This document shows, piece after piece, positions 32,583 through 35,927 of a DNA stretch of 35,927 nt. Both the position numbers and the translations under genes were made by a program. The stretch is from a virus. Taxonomy: Duplodnaviria > Caudoviricetes. The notes under the pieces are model-generated. The model had not been told where the DNA came from, did not search any database, and was given only the letters and a program-made list of their open reading frames with translations. The stretch covers positions 1 through 35,927 of IMG/VR virus record IMGVR_UViG_3300012667_000243. The stretch is one strand, 5' to 3'. How positions within the stretch are numbered: position 1 is the stretch's first letter; each line of letters starts with the position of its first letter.

Positions 32583-33124
32583 TCATACGAGCCGTTCCCG
32601 AACGCGAGGAATTTATCAACTACCTTAAAAAACACCTACCCGAAGCCGAGTGGTGTATGGATAAAAAACGCGATGCAATGGACACGTTTGTTCGCGCAAT
32701 GGAAATGGCTGGGGATGACGCTTGTTTGCACATGGAAGAAGACGTTATTTTGACTGAGCGTTTCTTGGGCAAGATTAACGCGGCTATTTCAAGGCAACCA
32801 GATGCGGTGATTCAATTCTTTTCAATGCGTAAAGACGACATTACTGTTGGTTCGCGCTACGACAACAATTTCATCATGGGGCAATGCTTCTATCTACCCG
32901 CAGGTTATTCAGCCTTAATTGCTGATTTCAAACAATATTGGAGTGGTTTAAAAGAACACCCAACAGGCGTAGACATGATGGTGAACGACTTTTTGCGTAT
33001 TCGTAAAGAGAAATACTGGCTTCACGTTCCCAGTTTGGTTGAACACCGCGTTACCAAAAGCACAATCGACCCCCGCCGAAGCTCAAAGCGCCAAAGCAAA
33101 ACATTTACCGAGCCACTGCTATGA
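32573..33124 (+). CDS. Minimal GT-A-fold glycosyltransferase-like protein
   Basis: N-terminal strand with HxxR-like AVPER, hydrophobic strand plus EED (DxD equivalent), GVD acidic helix and PSLVEH motif. Confidence 0.6.
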   Translation: MRVIIRAVPEREEFINYLKKHLPEAEWCMDKKRDAMDTFVRAMEMAGDDACLHMEEDVILTERFLGKINAAISRQPDAVIQFFSMRKDDITVGSRYDNNFIMGQCFYLPAGYSALIADFKQYWSGLKEHPTGVDMMVNDFLRIRKEKYWLHVPSLVEHRVTKSTIDPRRSSKRQSKTFTEPLL

Positions 33125-34263
33125 AGATTTACGGTAAACAAAACGTCTTTGATGCCGCGCTTGACCGCATCCGCTGGTTGTTCGACGAATTTCCGAACGT
33201 CATTGTGGGCGTTTCGGGCGGTAAAGACAGCACGGTGGTTTATAACCTTGCCTTACAAGTAGCGCGTGAAAAGGGGCGTTTGCCGCTGAAATGCCTGTTT
33301 GTTGACCAAGAAGCCGAATGGGAAGCCACAATTGACACGATTCGGTTGATTATGGAAAACCCAGAAGTCGAGCCGCTTTGGTTTCAAATGCCAATTAAGC
33401 TGTTTAATGCAACAAGTACAACAGACCATTGGCTAATGTGCTGGGATAAAGCCGCTGAAGAACGATGGATGCGCCCCCAAGAGAGCTATTCAATCAAAGA
33501 AAACAACTACGGCACTGAGCGTTTTGCTGAGTTATTTCCAGCAATTATCAAAAAAGACTACCCAAACATTAAGACCTGTTACATAGCAGGTATGCGCACT
33601 GAGGAAAGCCCGACCCGCGCAATGGCGCTTACGCATGACCTGACTTACAAACACGTCACTTGGGGCGCAAACTTGAACAAAACCCACAAACATTACACGT
33701 TCTACCCAATTTACGATTGGTCGTATTCTGACGTTTGGAAAGCCATTCACGATAACGATTGGCATTACAACGCGGTTTATGACGCTCAATATAACTACGG
33801 TGTGCCATTGCAAAACATGAGGGTTTCCAATGTGCATCACGAAACCGCCGTCGGCACATTGTTTTATATGCAAGAGATTGAGGGTCAAACCTACCAACGC
33901 TTGACGCAACGGATTGCTGGCATTGATATGGCTGGCAAGATGGGTAAGGCTGATTATTTCCCCAAAGAATTGCCATTCATGTTTGCAACATGGGGCGAAT
34001 ATCGGGACTTTTTGCTGGACAAATTGATTGATAACCCAGATTGGAAGGCTAGTTTTGCCAAGACGTTTGCCCGACACGATGAGATTTACGCCGAAACAAT
34101 GGGCGCAAAAATGTATAAGGAACACATTAACGCGATTCTTACAAACGATTGGGAAGCCGTGAAATTGGGTAACTTTGAGCGCCGCCCCGAAAATATTGAC
34201 CTTAAACGTAAATGGAAAGCCAAAAAAAATGCCGATAAAACAGCAAATCAAACAGAAGTTTGA
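33121..34263 (+). CDS. PAPS-reductase-fold PP-loop protein (IbrA/YbdN-like)
   Basis: NVFDAALDRI, SGGKDS PP-loop, DQEAE, CWD, GMRTEES..R, YPIYDW...DVW and MRVS. Confidence 0.88.
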   Translation: MKIYGKQNVFDAALDRIRWLFDEFPNVIVGVSGGKDSTVVYNLALQVAREKGRLPLKCLFVDQEAEWEATIDTIRLIMENPEVEPLWFQMPIKLFNATSTTDHWLMCWDKAAEERWMRPQESYSIKENNYGTERFAELFPAIIKKDYPNIKTCYIAGMRTEESPTRAMALTHDLTYKHVTWGANLNKTHKHYTFYPIYDWSYSDVWKAIHDNDWHYNAVYDAQYNYGVPLQNMRVSNVHHETAVGTLFYMQEIEGQTYQRLTQRIAGIDMAGKMGKADYFPKELPFMFATWGEYRDFLLDKLIDNPDWKASFAKTFARHDEIYAETMGAKMYKEHINAILTNDWEAVKLGNFERRPENIDLKRKWKAKKNADKTANQTEV

Positions 34264-34897
34264 CGAAATCACGGATACACGCGAAAAAATCCTGTTTCTT
34301 GAGGAATTACGCGCTTTTATCCATGAAATTAGCCCCCAACACAGCCAACCTGTTAACTTTGTGCGATGGATACCAATTGAAAAGGTTCACGCCAACGACT
34401 ACAACCCTAATTCTGTTGCCAAAAACGAGATGCGGCTACTGTATGTGTCAATCAGCCATGATGGGTATACGCAACCAGTGGTTACGGTTTATGACGATGA
34501 AAAAGACCAATACGTTATTGTTGACGGGTTTCACCGTTACACGACCATGCGCTTAAACCAAGACATTGCCGACCGTAACAATGGCTTGTTGCCTGTCGTG
34601 GTAATTGAGAAATCAATCAACGACCGAATGGCTTCAACTGTGCGACATAACCGTGCGCGAGGCAAACACAGCGTTTCGGGTATGGCTAACATGGTGTTTC
34701 AGATGCTTGAAAACGGATGGACTGACGAAGCCATTTGTGCCGAGCTGGGTGTAGAGCCTGACGAGCTTATTCGCCTGAAACACGTTACTGGGTTCTCAAA
34801 GCTGTTCGAAAACGTCGAATATCGCCGTTCATGGGAAACAAAGCGTCAAATCCAACTTCGCAAACAATACAACGAAAGCCAAACAAATGCAGATTGA
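34229..34897 (+). CDS. ParB/Srx-fold protein (IbrB/YbdM-like)
   Basis: ANDYNPN, DGYTQPVV, VDGFHR and RMASTVRHNRARGKH, plus C-terminal HTH. Confidence 0.9.
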   Translation: MPIKQQIKQKFDEITDTREKILFLEELRAFIHEISPQHSQPVNFVRWIPIEKVHANDYNPNSVAKNEMRLLYVSISHDGYTQPVVTVYDDEKDQYVIVDGFHRYTTMRLNQDIADRNNGLLPVVVIEKSINDRMASTVRHNRARGKHSVSGMANMVFQMLENGWTDEAICAELGVEPDELIRLKHVTGFSKLFENVEYRRSWETKRQIQLRKQYNESQTNAD

Positions 34898-35471
34898 TAC
34901 CAAAATCAAGTCACTTAACATTACCGAAATCAAGCCGTATTGGCGTAACCCGCGTAATAACGTCGCCGCAGTTGAGGCGGTCAAGCAGTCAATCACGCAG
35001 TTTGGCTTCAATCAGCCCCTAATCCTTGACGAAGACAATGTGATTATTGCGGGGCATACACGTTACAAGGCGTTACAAGAGCTTGGCGCTACCAAAATCC
35101 CGTGCATTATTAAGGCAGGTTTAAGCGCCCAAGAAGCCAAAGCCTACCGAATCGCTGACAACAAGACAAGCGAGCTATCTACTTGGGATATGGAAAAGCT
35201 TGTGCCTGAGTTGCGCGAGATTGAAGCGATTGACGATATGGAGATTTATTTCCCTACCCTATCGCTTGACGAGCTACTGAAAGAAACTGCTGGGGGTAGT
35301 GAGACATTCAAAAACCCAACAGCCGACCAAATCGGTAAGGTAGAAGCCAAGATGCAAGCTCAGTTTGATGATGCTAGCAAAGCCCGTCAGTCTGCTTATG
35401 TCGAAGTGGTATGCCCACACTGTGCTGAGAGCTTCCATGTAGACCGCGATGAGATTGCCCGTGAGCGTTAA
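34887..35471 (+). CDS. Phage ParB N-terminal-domain protein with C-terminal CPHC zinc knuckle
   Basis: IKPYWRNPR, SITQFGF.QP, IIAGHTR, AYRIADNK and VCPHC. Confidence 0.9.
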   Translation: MQIDTKIKSLNITEIKPYWRNPRNNVAAVEAVKQSITQFGFNQPLILDEDNVIIAGHTRYKALQELGATKIPCIIKAGLSAQEAKAYRIADNKTSELSTWDMEKLVPELREIEAIDDMEIYFPTLSLDELLKETAGGSETFKNPTADQIGKVEAKMQAQFDDASKARQSAYVEVVCPHCAESFHVDRDEIARER

Positions 35472-35927
35472 TGCCTAGCATCCCTACCTACACTAAGTGC
35501 CAATATCTTGGGTGCAAACAAACGCGCTCAAGATACAACACCTACTGTTTAGAACACGGGGGAAGGGACACACTGTTCAACACCCAACGCCGCAAAGACG
35601 CCAATGCCATGTATAACACTACGGCTTGGCGCATCATGCGAACAGGCCAACTATCTATTCAACCGCTGTGCCAAGCGTGCTTAGTAAACGGTAAGGTGGC
35701 TGAGGCCAACCATGTTGACCATGTGTTCCGCTGGCAAGACATAGGCAGGGGCGCGTTCTATAACAACATCTTGCAGTCATTGTGCTTAGAACATCACAGT
35801 CACAAGACAGCCCTAGAAAATCGGGGTATCTATGAGCATTACTGTAAGGATGGGGTCAAGCAATACCAAAAGACAGACTACGAGCCTATGATGACCGCAA
35901 AACATTCACCCCCAAACCGCCCAACCC
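35471..35927 (+). CDS. Packaging-associated HNH endonuclease (HK97 gp74-like); runs off the window end
   Basis: Translated by hand from ATG 35471: CQYLGC...YCLEH, YNTTAWR, PLCQAC, VDHV, LQSLC..HH..KT. No stop before 35927. Confidence 0.9.
   Translation, partial: MPSIPTYTKCQYLGCKQTRSRYNTYCLEHGGRDTLFNTQRRKDANAMYNTTAWRIMRTGQLSIQPLCQACLVNGKVAEANHVDHVFRWQDIGRGAFYNNILQSLCLEHHSHKTALENRGIYEHYCKDGVKQYQKTDYEPMMTAKHSPPNRPT

Noticed and set aside
34222-34229. A8 run as a programmed frameshift fusing the IbrA-like and IbrB-like proteins
   Set aside because: The downstream gene is in the +1 frame, so a standard -1 shift would not fuse them, and it has its own ATG. Slippage cannot be fully excluded.
33121-34263. 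cysH-type sulfur-assimilation auxiliary metabolic gene
   Set aside because: Lacks the catalytic C-terminal ECGLH and Fe-S cysteine motifs; the motifs and the IbrB-like neighbour indicate the IbrA/YbdN group.
33532-34272. 246-aa minus-strand ORF
   Set aside because: Entirely antisense to well-supported genes, with no recognisable motifs.

Overview
The window looks like a nearly complete ~36 kb genome of an HK97-like siphovirus, opened between the packaging HNH gene and the small terminase gene. A proteobacterial host is inferred from sigma70-type promoters, Cro, ERF, NinB and YdaU-type genes. Order: terS, terL, portal, prohead protease, two tandem paralogous HK97-fold capsid genes, connector and tail genes with a -1 frameshifted chaperone, tape measure, tip and fibre genes, and a membrane-protein-rich lysis cassette (+ strand, 131-21838). 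A leftward early operon follows (small ORFs, DUF932, ERF, mini SSB-like; 21835-27106). A rightward operon then runs from a leaderless cro-like gene through MazG, a replication initiator with iterons, nucleases and NinB. It ends in a module with its own promoter: ferritin-like, unknown, glycosyltransferase-like, IbrA/YbdN-like PP-loop, IbrB/YbdM-like ParB, second ParB, HNH. No integrase, CI repressor, polymerase, helicase, tRNA, CRISPR array or reverse transcriptase was recognised. The best novelty candidates are the packaging-linked modification module, the dual capsid genes, a structured RNA leader before the replication gene, an operator box fixed on several -10 elements, and near-total GATC avoidance. 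All family calls come from motif recognition by eye; no searches were run.
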